This document shows, one piece after another, positions 1-7,645 of a stretch of DNA of 24,120 nt. Both the position numbers and the translations under genes were made by a program. This DNA is from a virus. Lineage: Duplodnaviria; Caudoviricetes. The notes under the pieces were generated by a model. That model was not told the DNA's origin, searched no databases, and saw only the letters and a list, made by a program, of their open reading frames with translations. Within the stretch, counting starts at the first letter, position 1; each line of letters starts with the position of its first letter. The stretch covers positions 1-24,120 of IMG/VR virus record IMGVR_UViG_3300020220_000329. The stretch is one strand, 5' to 3'.

Positions 1-33
1 TTCACTTTCTGTATATCTTGGACCTTTAAACAT
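1..33 (-). CDS. 5' end of a gene running off the window (MFKGPRYTESE...), product unknown
   Basis: ATG at 33-31 preceded by GGAG Shine-Dalgarno (44-41), directly after the lipoprotein stop; open frame to the window edge. Confidence 0.6.
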   Translation of the reverse strand, partial: MFKGPRYTESE

Positions 34-35
34 GA

Positions 36-275
36 TTATTCTCCTTTGGGTTCACAATTACAATCTTCTGCGGGTGCAGCTTCTTCTTCTACGGGCGATT
101 GCTCTACTGGTTCTGGCAATCCATTTAGTTTATCATAGCACAATCCATCAGCCTCACATATTGGGCGATTACACTCAGGCTTATCCTTATTTTCAGGATC
201 CTGACATTCGTAGCGATAAGTGTCTGAACACCCAGTTAATAACAAAGCAGCGAACAAAAATAATACTGCTTTCAT
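36..275 (-). CDS. Small Cys-rich lipoprotein (79 aa); candidate o-spanin or outer-membrane lipoprotein
   Basis: Signal peptide II with lipobox MKAVLFLFAALLLTG-C; mature part YRYECQDP..PEC..PIC...GLC with several Cys and Pro; GAGG SD upstream. Confidence 0.8.
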   Translation of the reverse strand: MKAVLFLFAALLLTGCSDTYRYECQDPENKDKPECNRPICEADGLCYDKLNGLPEPVEQSPVEEEAAPAEDCNCEPKGE

Positions 276-279
276 TTGA

Positions 280-2118
280 TTACCTCTTTCCGTATCTTAA
301 ATACATCATTGCACCTGTGGTTTCGTCTTCAACAATAATTGGTGCATCTCTGTTATCTAGGGCATATTGTCGAATGTCTTCGCCGAGTGGACCAGCAACC
401 ATTGAACGCCAGTGTTGACCTTTGCGCCTTCCGAGAGTTGCTTTGTAATAATCATTACTCGGAACTGTAAACACTGCTCGCCCACCAAACATCTTTGGTG
501 GTGGTCGGCGTAGTGGTTCAGGAGATAAAAGCATATCGCGACCTGCAATTCCTACATTTACTGCAGATTCCGCACCACTGATTCCTGCAGCACCCATTGA
601 ATTTGCTGGCGCATCCTCGTTCATCGACAACATTCTATCATATGCTGCAGCTGCCTTTTGTGCTTTGGCTTCTATCAAAATTTCTTCATTTAATTCATTA
701 GCATCTGTATTTTTTACTAGTGAAAATTGAATAGTTTTTCTTGCACCAGAACCTTCATTTTCACTTGGAGAAGAATCTGTGTGTCCTTTTAGATAAAGAG
801 TTTTAGATTTCTTTGCTTTATCGCGATAACCTTTTATAGTAAATCCAATTCCATCGCCACTCTTTATGTCATAATATTGAGAATCTTTTGCATTATCGCC
901 AAGACCATATCCAATTTCACTTGTTCGACTACCGTCTTTCTTTGATTTGATTATATTGTGCCTCATAATTCTCATTGATCCTTCTAAACGTGCAGGTGTG
1001 TTGGTGAGAGTGGCAATTAATTGTCTTCTAAGTTCATGGACTTCTGGTTTATGGTCATGTCCAGAAGAAAAAATCTCTCCCATATGTCTTGTGAATGATT
1101 GTGTAACTGAACGTTTATGATGTTTTTTTCTTGATTCTTGTAGATCTCTATACACTTCAGCCAATCTTTTTCGGTGTGCTGAACTATAACCAGCTTTTTT
1201 TAATTCTGCTTCTTTTCTAATATATTCTTTATTTGGTCGACCTTTTGCATCAGTTGGTTTTATCTTCCCATCAGCAATTTCTTGTGCATAACGTGCATGT
1301 CTCAATCCATGTTGTGTTATTCTTCCTGATGCGCTAAATCCCCTTTCACCTAAAATAGATTTTAAAGCTGAAGCGTTTTTTTTGATTACTCTATGATGGT
1401 CTTTTTGCGCAGCATCTGATGCAGCCTCAGAATCAGAGAAAAACGATCCTTTTTTACCAGTGATTTTTTCATAAAATTCATCAACTTTTTTGGATATTTG
1501 TCCAAGTCCTGGAGAAAATGCTTTTGTTTCTCCGCCAGACTTTAAACTTACTCCAAAAAACCCACCACCTTCTTTTTTATGTCCATGTTGAACTACAATA
1601 TCAGAATTATTTCCCTCTGCTGATGAATCTTTACCATTTGTTAATGTATGAATATCTTTTGCATTTGCAGTGAAATGAACTTTTTGAATGTCTTTGATTC
1701 CTTGTTCATTCATATGGGCGATAATGCTTTTTGCAGCATATTGAGCATGTGCAACATGTTCATCATAATCTTCTTGATTTAATTCAGAAGACAAATGATC
1801 ATGCCATTCTTTTGCAGATTTATTACTTGATTCATCTCTAAATTGCTCCATATGAGCAATATTTGCAATATTAACTTTTTTGTTTTTAGTTCTTTCTAGA
1901 TTTGAAATTGCTTCTAAAGCAGCTTTATGTGCTTCATCATGACCATTTTTCTTATTCGCTTGGTACACTTTCGCATAATGATTAATTAATCCACCAGTGA
2001 GAACCTCATGCATCTTACCAGCATTTGCTCTATTTAATCCCCATTCAGTATCTGCAGACTCTGATAGGAATTTAATCGTTTCAACAATATTTTTGAGTAT
2101 TTGTGTACTGTATGACAT
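280..2118 (-). CDS. 612-aa mosaic protein: N-terminal putative PD-(D/E)XK-like nuclease domain plus a C-terminal module typical of T4-like phage hypothetical proteins
   Basis: Long ORF; GKMHE...NNSDIVV...FFGVSLK motif order; C-terminal EDAPANS...FGGRAVFTV...IIVEDETTGAMMYLRYG module after LNE/LIE/MNE sites. Confidence 0.7.
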   Translation of the reverse strand: MSYSTQILKNIVETIKFLSESADTEWGLNRANAGKMHEVLTGGLINHYAKVYQANKKNGHDEAHKAALEAISNLERTKNKKVNIANIAHMEQFRDESSNKSAKEWHDHLSSELNQEDYDEHVAHAQYAAKSIIAHMNEQGIKDIQKVHFTANAKDIHTLTNGKDSSAEGNNSDIVVQHGHKKEGGGFFGVSLKSGGETKAFSPGLGQISKKVDEFYEKITGKKGSFFSDSEAASDAAQKDHHRVIKKNASALKSILGERGFSASGRITQHGLRHARYAQEIADGKIKPTDAKGRPNKEYIRKEAELKKAGYSSAHRKRLAEVYRDLQESRKKHHKRSVTQSFTRHMGEIFSSGHDHKPEVHELRRQLIATLTNTPARLEGSMRIMRHNIIKSKKDGSRTSEIGYGLGDNAKDSQYYDIKSGDGIGFTIKGYRDKAKKSKTLYLKGHTDSSPSENEGSGARKTIQFSLVKNTDANELNEEILIEAKAQKAAAAYDRMLSMNEDAPANSMGAAGISGAESAVNVGIAGRDMLLSPEPLRRPPPKMFGGRAVFTVPSNDYYKATLGRRKGQHWRSMVAGPLGEDIRQYALDNRDAPIIVEDETTGAMMYLRYGKR

Positions 2119-2128
2119 TCAAAAGCCC

Positions 2129-2518
2129 TTAAATCTTCTCTAATATTTCAGCAATTTTTTCATCTAATGATATTTCTTTTGCAATGATGTCTCTGCCATT
2201 TATACCATAAACAGTATTTGGCATTGCAGAAGTATATGCAAGAAATGTTTTAAGAGCACTATAGTCTTTAGAATCAATTTTACAAAACATCATTCTAGTG
2301 CTCGCTTCTACTCCAAAAACGTTTTGAACTACAATAATATGATTTAATATTAATCGCTCTTTCAAAACACCTGTGATTCTATTCCGATGTAATAATCGTT
2401 TTATATATCGAAGCCTTTTAAAATCTTCATCAAACTCGCTATCAATACAGTTAGGTTTATCGTAACACTTTGCTGCAAATAATAATAAATTTTTTTCAGT
2501 CAAATTAACAAAAGACAT
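2129..2518 (-). CDS. Conserved T4-like phage hypothetical protein (129 aa)
   Basis: LTEKNLLLFAAKCYDKP.C..EF.ED.KR..YIKRL...LKERLILNHII...NVFG pattern, recalled from T4-like/cyanophage genomes; tight packing with neighbours. Confidence 0.85.
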   Translation of the reverse strand: MSFVNLTEKNLLLFAAKCYDKPNCIDSEFDEDFKRLRYIKRLLHRNRITGVLKERLILNHIIVVQNVFGVEASTRMMFCKIDSKDYSALKTFLAYTSAMPNTVYGINGRDIIAKEISLDEKIAEILEKI

Positions 2519-2521
2519 ATA

Positions 2522-3001
2522 TCAATATTCGCCAGTATTACCTGAATCGTAGTCCATCTTTTTCTGATAATTTTTATTATAATCATTCATATCATCATCA
2601 TAATCATCATCAATTTCTTTCGCATCATCCATATCATCTGAGTCCATCAATTGCTGTAATTCATCTTCATGTACAATCTGTGTATATGCATCTACTTGTG
2701 AATTTTTTTGTGTATTATATACAACATAAAGATATAGATCAGTTTCACCAAGAGTAAATACTAATTCATTTTCAAATTTTAAAAATTGTTTAGTTGCTTC
2801 TGGAGGCATCAACATGCCAAATCGCTCCAATGTTCCACGAAGTTGATTATAAAAAATAATTGAATTTTTATAAGGTGCATGTGTGAGGCGATCAAAATCA
2901 GCATTGATTGTTTCTTTGTTATTGTTTATCATGCTTGAGTCAACTTCAATATGCATTGAGTTGCCACGATCTTCATTTATAAATGTTTTAAAATTTAACA
3001 T
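2522..3001 (-). CDS. Hypothetical protein with N-terminal capsid-targeting-like sequence (MLNFKTFINE) and acidic tail; putative internal head protein
   Basis: AGGAG SD at 3012-3008; N-terminus resembles T4 IP CTS MKTYQEFIAE; late-promoter-like AATAAATA 40 nt upstream. Confidence 0.8.
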   Translation of the reverse strand: MLNFKTFINEDRGNSMHIEVDSSMINNNKETINADFDRLTHAPYKNSIIFYNQLRGTLERFGMLMPPEATKQFLKFENELVFTLGETDLYLYVVYNTQKNSQVDAYTQIVHEDELQQLMDSDDMDDAKEIDDDYDDDMNDYNKNYQKKMDYDSGNTGEY

Positions 3002-3011
3002 TCAATACTCC

Positions 3012-4418
3012 TTATACTTTATTACCAAGTTTAGGTTCCATATTTATTTTATTTTTTTCACTCTTTGCATCATTTTTATCTTCTTTTTTTCTAGCAGCAA
3101 GAACGCGACCAATAGCATTCATTGGTCCATTTTCTTGTAATTCTCTATTACTGAAATCAGTAAATTTATATATTGGAAATAAACCACGATATTGTCCCAA
3201 TGTTCCTGGATCTAATATTTTTGGATCATCATCGATTGATGGAGTTATTAATGGTCTTTTTGGTTTAGTGTCGACTTTCGTTTTTACTTGTGTGACTGTT
3301 TTAATTTTTGGTGATGTTTCAGTTTTTGGTTGTAGATCTGGTTTTGCAGTTATTGTAGAATCAGCTCTACCAACAACAAGGTCTTGTCTGACTGTGGGTG
3401 AGGATTTTACTTCTGGTTTTGTTTCAGGTCGAACACCTGGCTTTACTGATGGTGGTATCACCACAGGAACATCTGTACGAACACCTGGTTTTACTGAAGG
3501 AACAACAGGTTGTGGTGCTACAGCTGGTGGAAGATCTATATAAGGCTCTCTTTCTGGTGCTCGTGATGGAAGATCAATTTTACCAGGCACAAGATTCTTT
3601 TGTCTAATTCTTTCCAATGCAGATGCAACAACATCATTTGCAGCTGAGCCAACAGATTGTGCTTTCTTAATCGCACCTGCAGCAACATCATCTGCTACAT
3701 CTTTAACATATTTGCCTGCATCGCCTGTAAGACGTAGAGCGCGTGAGCCTAATGATAGTCCTGGCATATCGGCATTACTTTTCCAGAACTGATCATCTTT
3801 TACAATTGATCCAAGATTAGTTTCTTTTCCTGCTGCTCTGTTTTGTGCAGCCTGTAGACCAACAGCAACTGGGAGACTTACAGCATGAGAAATTAATTCA
3901 TCACGAACTATACGACCAGCTGATGTTCCTTTATCTACGATGGCAGTTCCGAGATTGCCTAGACCTGTTTCTACATCCTTAGTTGACTTCATCAACTTAT
4001 CGAATGCTGCGGAACCTGCTTGAGTCACTAATCTCCTAGCAACGTTTGCTGCACCACCACCAATTGCTAATAATTCTGGGAATACAGGTTGAATTGGCTT
4101 ATCATAAATTCCCTTTTTCGCTGAGATTCGCTTGACGAGATCAGCATCAGATTCACCAGGATTGCGTTTTAGACCAGCTCTTGCAGCTGAGTCATCAATA
4201 ATAGCCGAGTTGGCTAATTCATTCAACTGCTCTTTTTTTTTATATACCTTTGCTTCGTGCACGTAGTGACCTAGTTTCCGAAAATGTGCTGTCGCGCGAA
4301 ACACGGCTTGATCTTCATCAGCTGCTTCAACTATAAAATTTGTTGTGCTTTGCCGACGACGAAGTGATACATGCTCATGCGAAGGATTGGAAGTTGTAAG
4401 TGTAACTACATGTTTCAT
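3012..4418 (-). CDS. 468-aa mosaic hypothetical protein (small N-terminal domain, Ala/Gly-rich middle, Pro/Thr/Lys-rich linker)
   Basis: Long ORF with AGGA SD; QLNE and LQE sites delimit the N- and C-terminal modules. Confidence 0.8.
   Translation of the reverse strand: MKHVVTLTTSNPSHEHVSLRRRQSTTNFIVEAADEDQAVFRATAHFRKLGHYVHEAKVYKKKEQLNELANSAIIDDSAARAGLKRNPGESDADLVKRISAKKGIYDKPIQPVFPELLAIGGGAANVARRLVTQAGSAAFDKLMKSTKDVETGLGNLGTAIVDKGTSAGRIVRDELISHAVSLPVAVGLQAAQNRAAGKETNLGSIVKDDQFWKSNADMPGLSLGSRALRLTGDAGKYVKDVADDVAAGAIKKAQSVGSAANDVVASALERIRQKNLVPGKIDLPSRAPEREPYIDLPPAVAPQPVVPSVKPGVRTDVPVVIPPSVKPGVRPETKPEVKSSPTVRQDLVVGRADSTITAKPDLQPKTETSPKIKTVTQVKTKVDTKPKRPLITPSIDDDPKILDPGTLGQYRGLFPIYKFTDFSNRELQENGPMNAIGRVLAARKKEDKNDAKSEKNKINMEPKLGNKV
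3041..3048 (-). promoter_or_regulatory. Putative T4-type late promoter (AATAAATA)
   Basis: Plus-strand tatttatt at 3041-3048; 7/8 match to TATAAATA, 40 nt upstream of the CTS-bearing gene at 3001. Confidence 0.45.
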
Positions 4419-4431
4419 TTATGATTTCCTA

Positions 4432-6495
4432 TTATCGGCGCCATGGGAATACTTTTGATTCCGCAATCGTTTCTTCGTTCACAATATCACTGAGTTTTTC
4501 AGCAGCCGCCTCACCAGCTACATCACCGACTTTCGAAATGAGTTCATTCTTAACTTTCTTTCCGATTTGGGTTCTTCCTGCAGCTGCAGCAAGTCTTGGT
4601 AATGCATAACGAGCACCAGCAGCAACTAATGGCGCGATTTCATCTATTCTTCCTTTCATTTTCGCAGCAATCTTTTCTCTTCTGTTCTTGAGATATTCAT
4701 CGCTTTCGTCTGAATCGCCATCATTGTCAACGTCTTCATCTTCACTACCAACTTCATCCATTTCTTCTGAAAGCAATCGACTGTAGATTGTTTCTGCAAG
4801 ACGTAGTTCATATGATTCAGACTCAGACATGATTCTGAGGCGACCATATGTATCATAATAATATGGTGAATCTATATTATCTAGATATACGTCTGCAGTT
4901 ACTGATTCGTATAATTGATTATTTAAAGTCACACCATATTCTGAGAAAAATGCACCAATACGAATCAAATGCTCCAAAACAGCATTTTGCATTTGTTTGT
5001 ATCGATTGTAGTATGCCTTGTATTCGTTTCTTTCATCTTCAGTTGATGCAGCCGTTGGAGCTTTAATTACTCTTTTTTCTTGTGTTTTTTTATTTTTAAC
5101 TGTAAATTGTACTTGCTGATCTAAATTTCCACCTGCTCGTTCTTTTGCATAATCGTCTCTCGAAGTAGTTTGGCCATCAATTGTAAAATTAACAGGCACT
5201 GGTGTACGACCTCGACCTGCAGGAGCGGTGGAACCACCACCAGCTTGTGCACCACCACCTTGTGCACCACCACCTTGTTCACCACCACCTTGTTCACCAC
5301 CAGCTGATGTTTCATTACCACCAGTTAGTCGATCGGCGGCTGCGCCACCCACTTGTCCAACAAGCGATCCTACGGCTCCAGCTTTTGCACCATCCGAAAA
5401 TTTTCCACCTGTTAATTTGCTGCCTATACCACCAAGTATTGCATCGCCTGCAACTTTTCCGATTCCTTGCCCAATAGGATTATTTCGAAAGAAATTACCA
5501 ACATTTGAAAAAAATCCACTTGCTGCTGGTGATGTTTGTGTGCCACTTGCTGCTGGTGATGTTTGTGTGCCACTTGCTGCTTGTGGTGTTTGTGCATTAC
5601 CTCTAAAAATATTACTGATACCAGTACCGATACGTTGTAAAATTCCAGGTCTCGTTCCTGATGTTGTGCCACCTGTTGCTGGTGTTGTGCCACGTGCGAC
5701 AGCGTTTTGTTGTCCTCGTCGTCCTCCCCGTCGCGAACCTCGCGCACCAACGTTAGATCCTCTTTCTAATAGCAACGAATCAGCACCACGAAACTTCTCA
5801 ATAGTTTCAAAAACAGCAATCGGTTCATTTACAAAAATCACACCATTGTCGATTTTAACGATCTTACCGTTTTCTTCGTAAATATCGACGACAATAGCAT
5901 TCTCTGGAACTTCTTCAGTCTGTTCTAAATCTTCTTTCATTGTCTCAGATTTTGCTGCTGCGCGAGTCTTACGTTCTGCCATTCTGCGAAGGTTTTCTTC
6001 TTTTTCTTTTTTGGCTGCTTCTATGGCTTGAAACACTTCTATAGGTGGTTTTTCTAATTCGCTAGGCTCGTAGGTTGGTTGGTCCAAAAATGCGCTTGGA
6101 AATTTTTCTTTACCTGCTTTTCTACGGGTTTCAATTTCACCTCGAGTTAATTGAGGTGGGTTTTCGTAATACGCATATCGAGGAACCCAAATTCCACCAG
6201 AACCTTTCATTCCACCATACTTTTTGATAGCGGCGCGATTCTCAGGAGACATTCTCTTAAATTCTTCTTCTGATGGCACCCAGTGAGCCGGATATCCGAT
6301 ACGACCTTCAGAGGGGTCATCTTCTTCGAGAATCATCTGAGGTGCAGGCTCAGGACGAACCGCCACACGCTGCAATGGTGTCTTCTCAACTAAACTAGTT
6401 TTAATGAAGGAAGGCTCAAATCTTGATCGATCATACAGTGCATTTACTACTGCTTGGACTGTGGGATCAAGTTTGTTATTATCTTCGTTACTCAT
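4432..6495 (-). CDS. 687-aa mosaic low-complexity protein, putative virion/internal protein
   Basis: Long ORF; Gly/Thr-rich repeats, Gly-zipper-like segment, SPYYYD..GRLR motif, DVDNDGDSDESDEYLKNRR motif, many hydrophobic-X-E sites. Confidence 0.8.
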   Translation of the reverse strand: MSNEDNNKLDPTVQAVVNALYDRSRFEPSFIKTSLVEKTPLQRVAVRPEPAPQMILEEDDPSEGRIGYPAHWVPSEEEFKRMSPENRAAIKKYGGMKGSGGIWVPRYAYYENPPQLTRGEIETRRKAGKEKFPSAFLDQPTYEPSELEKPPIEVFQAIEAAKKEKEENLRRMAERKTRAAAKSETMKEDLEQTEEVPENAIVVDIYEENGKIVKIDNGVIFVNEPIAVFETIEKFRGADSLLLERGSNVGARGSRRGGRRGQQNAVARGTTPATGGTTSGTRPGILQRIGTGISNIFRGNAQTPQAASGTQTSPAASGTQTSPAASGFFSNVGNFFRNNPIGQGIGKVAGDAILGGIGSKLTGGKFSDGAKAGAVGSLVGQVGGAAADRLTGGNETSAGGEQGGGEQGGGAQGGGAQAGGGSTAPAGRGRTPVPVNFTIDGQTTSRDDYAKERAGGNLDQQVQFTVKNKKTQEKRVIKAPTAASTEDERNEYKAYYNRYKQMQNAVLEHLIRIGAFFSEYGVTLNNQLYESVTADVYLDNIDSPYYYDTYGRLRIMSESESYELRLAETIYSRLLSEEMDEVGSEDEDVDNDGDSDESDEYLKNRREKIAAKMKGRIDEIAPLVAAGARYALPRLAAAAGRTQIGKKVKNELISKVGDVAGEAAAEKLSDIVNEETIAESKVFPWRR
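5233..5304. repeat. In-frame 15-bp tandem repeat (accaccaccttgt(g/t)c) encoding GG(E/A)QG units
   Basis: About 4-5 units visible directly in sequence. Confidence 0.8.
5516..5581. repeat. In-frame 27-bp tandem repeat (ccacttgctgctggtgatgtttgtgtg, ~2.4 copies) encoding AASGTQTSP
   Basis: Exact copies at 5516-5542 and 5543-5569 plus a partial copy. Confidence 0.9.
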
Positions 6496-6536
6496 GTTTT
6501 TGTTCCTATTATTGATTGAATCAAATCATAATATAT

Positions 6537-6543
6537 TATTTAG
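6537..6543 (-). promoter_or_regulatory. Putative T4-type late promoter variant (CTAAATA)
   Basis: tatttag on plus strand in the longest intergenic gap of the window (6496-6562), 42 nt upstream of the ATG at 6495. Confidence 0.6.
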
Positions 6544-6562
6544 GTTATTGAAATTGTTAAAC

Positions 6563-7645
6563 TCACTTATTTAAAATGTTCACTTTCACTCTACCATTCT
6601 CATCGTAAAAGAATGGTGAATTATTAAATTTATTGTTTAATTCATCGAGTGCAAAATTTTCCATCATAGCGGCATTAGGACCTGCTGCAGATCTGCGTGC
6701 GCGATCATCCTGGACATTTACAGGACTTGGTCTTGGTCTTGGTCTGATTGGTCGTTGTCTCTGTACAGGCGTTAGTCTTGGTCTACCTATGCCTATTGAA
6801 GGTGCAGGAGAAGGAGCAGGTGCTGGTGTTGGAGAAGGAGCACCACTTCCAGGTTTTGGTCTGATTGGTCGTTGTCTCTGTACAGGCGTTAGTCTTGGTC
6901 TACCTATGCCTATTCCAGGTCTTGGTCTGACTGGTCTTGTTCTGCCTATTATTCCAGGAGGTCGCGCTCCTATTGAAGGTTCTGGTGCAGGTTCTGGTTC
7001 AGGAGCAGGTTTTGGTGCAGGTGCAGGAGAAGGAGCAGGTGCTGGTGTTGGAGAAGGTGCAGGTGCAGGAGAAGGAGCAGGTGCTGGTGTTGGAGAAGGA
7101 GCACCACCTGTGCTCTGTGAAGGAGGAGCACCACCTTTGTTTTTCAATCTTTCTTGTTTAAATTTTTGATATGCTTTTTCTCTTGGATGATCAGCAGGAT
7201 TTTGATATGCCCGCATATCGTACATAGTGTCTTTATCTTTTTCTCTGAATTCAGCACGAAGTTTACTATCTTCGTCGTCAACTTGACGCCCAGGCGTCAA
7301 TTGACGCCCTGGTGGCGCCACCAGCCCTGGTGGCTCAGGCACCGAGCCCAGGTCGGCGGGCGAACGCACGGGACCTATCATATTCAGGCTCGAACGAGGC
7401 TTATTAGTCGAGCCACCAGTGGCGGGTGGTAAATCATCATCAAAGCGATATGTTTTTCCTGTGCGAAAGTCAATTGTTGTGCTTGGTCCTTTTCTTCCAG
7501 TGACTGGATCGAAGCGAATATCCATTGTAGAAACATACTGTTCTTCAAGAACACGAACTCGGAGCCGACCATTTTCATCATAATAGTATGGAGATTCATT
7601 AATGATCTCTTCAGCATACAGGTTTTGATTTATGTCTCTACTCAT
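6563..7645 (-). CDS. 360-aa Pro/Arg-rich protein bracketed by two SP(Y/F)(Y/F)YDENGR motifs
   Basis: ORF with GGAG SD and ATGA overlap with upstream stop; PAPAPSP repeats; duplicated IGIGRPRLTPVQRQRPIRP. Confidence 0.8.
   Translation of the reverse strand: MSRDINQNLYAEEIINESPYYYDENGRLRVRVLEEQYVSTMDIRFDPVTGRKGPSTTIDFRTGKTYRFDDDLPPATGGSTNKPRSSLNMIGPVRSPADLGSVPEPPGLVAPPGRQLTPGRQVDDEDSKLRAEFREKDKDTMYDMRAYQNPADHPREKAYQKFKQERLKNKGGAPPSQSTGGAPSPTPAPAPSPAPAPSPTPAPAPSPAPAPKPAPEPEPAPEPSIGARPPGIIGRTRPVRPRPGIGIGRPRLTPVQRQRPIRPKPGSGAPSPTPAPAPSPAPSIGIGRPRLTPVQRQRPIRPRPRPSPVNVQDDRARRSAAGPNAAMMENFALDELNNKFNNSPFFYDENGRVKVNILNK
6739..6914. repeat. 59-bp exact direct repeat (6739-6797 and 6856-6914; 117-bp period) encoding IGIGRPRLTPVQRQRPIRP
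   Basis: ttggtctgattggtcgttgtctctgtacaggcgttagtcttggtctacctatgcctatt occurs twice. Confidence 0.9.
7014..7099. repeat. 42-bp tandem repeat (2 copies, third dispersed copy near 6801-6845) encoding SPTPAPAPSPAPAP
   Basis: ggtgcaggtgcaggagaaggagcaggtgctggtgttggagaa at 7014-7055 and 7056-7097. Confidence 0.9.
7273..7430. repeat. GC-rich cluster of overlapping palindromes and inverted repeats inside the 360-aa gene
   Basis: Perfect palindromes ggcgtcaattgacgcc (7293-7308) and ctggtggcgccaccag (7309-7324); ttgacgcc-ca-ggcgtcaa (7283-7300); ctggtggctc (7327-7336) / gagccaccag (7410-7419); ggctcga (7387-7393) / tcgagcc (7408-7414). Confidence 0.85.

Noticed and set aside
32-418. 128-aa plus-strand ORF overlapping the lipoprotein, considered as an embedded spanin partner
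   Set aside because: Opposite strand; embedded spanin pairs are co-oriented; no clear SD
5228-5881. 217-aa plus-strand ORF rich in Pro/Cys
   Set aside because: Antisense shadow of the Gly/Thr-rich part of the 687-aa gene; no recognisable motif; all neighbours are on the minus strand
6496-6562. Rho-independent terminator or ncRNA in the longest intergenic gap
   Set aside because: Only a weak AT-rich inverted repeat (tgatt-g-aatca); no GC stem with U-tract; better explained as promoter plus SD
6633-7169. 178-aa plus-strand Gly/Ala-rich ORF (fibroin/collagen-like look)
   Set aside because: Antisense of the PAPAPS repeats, which lack stops on the opposite strand for compositional reasons
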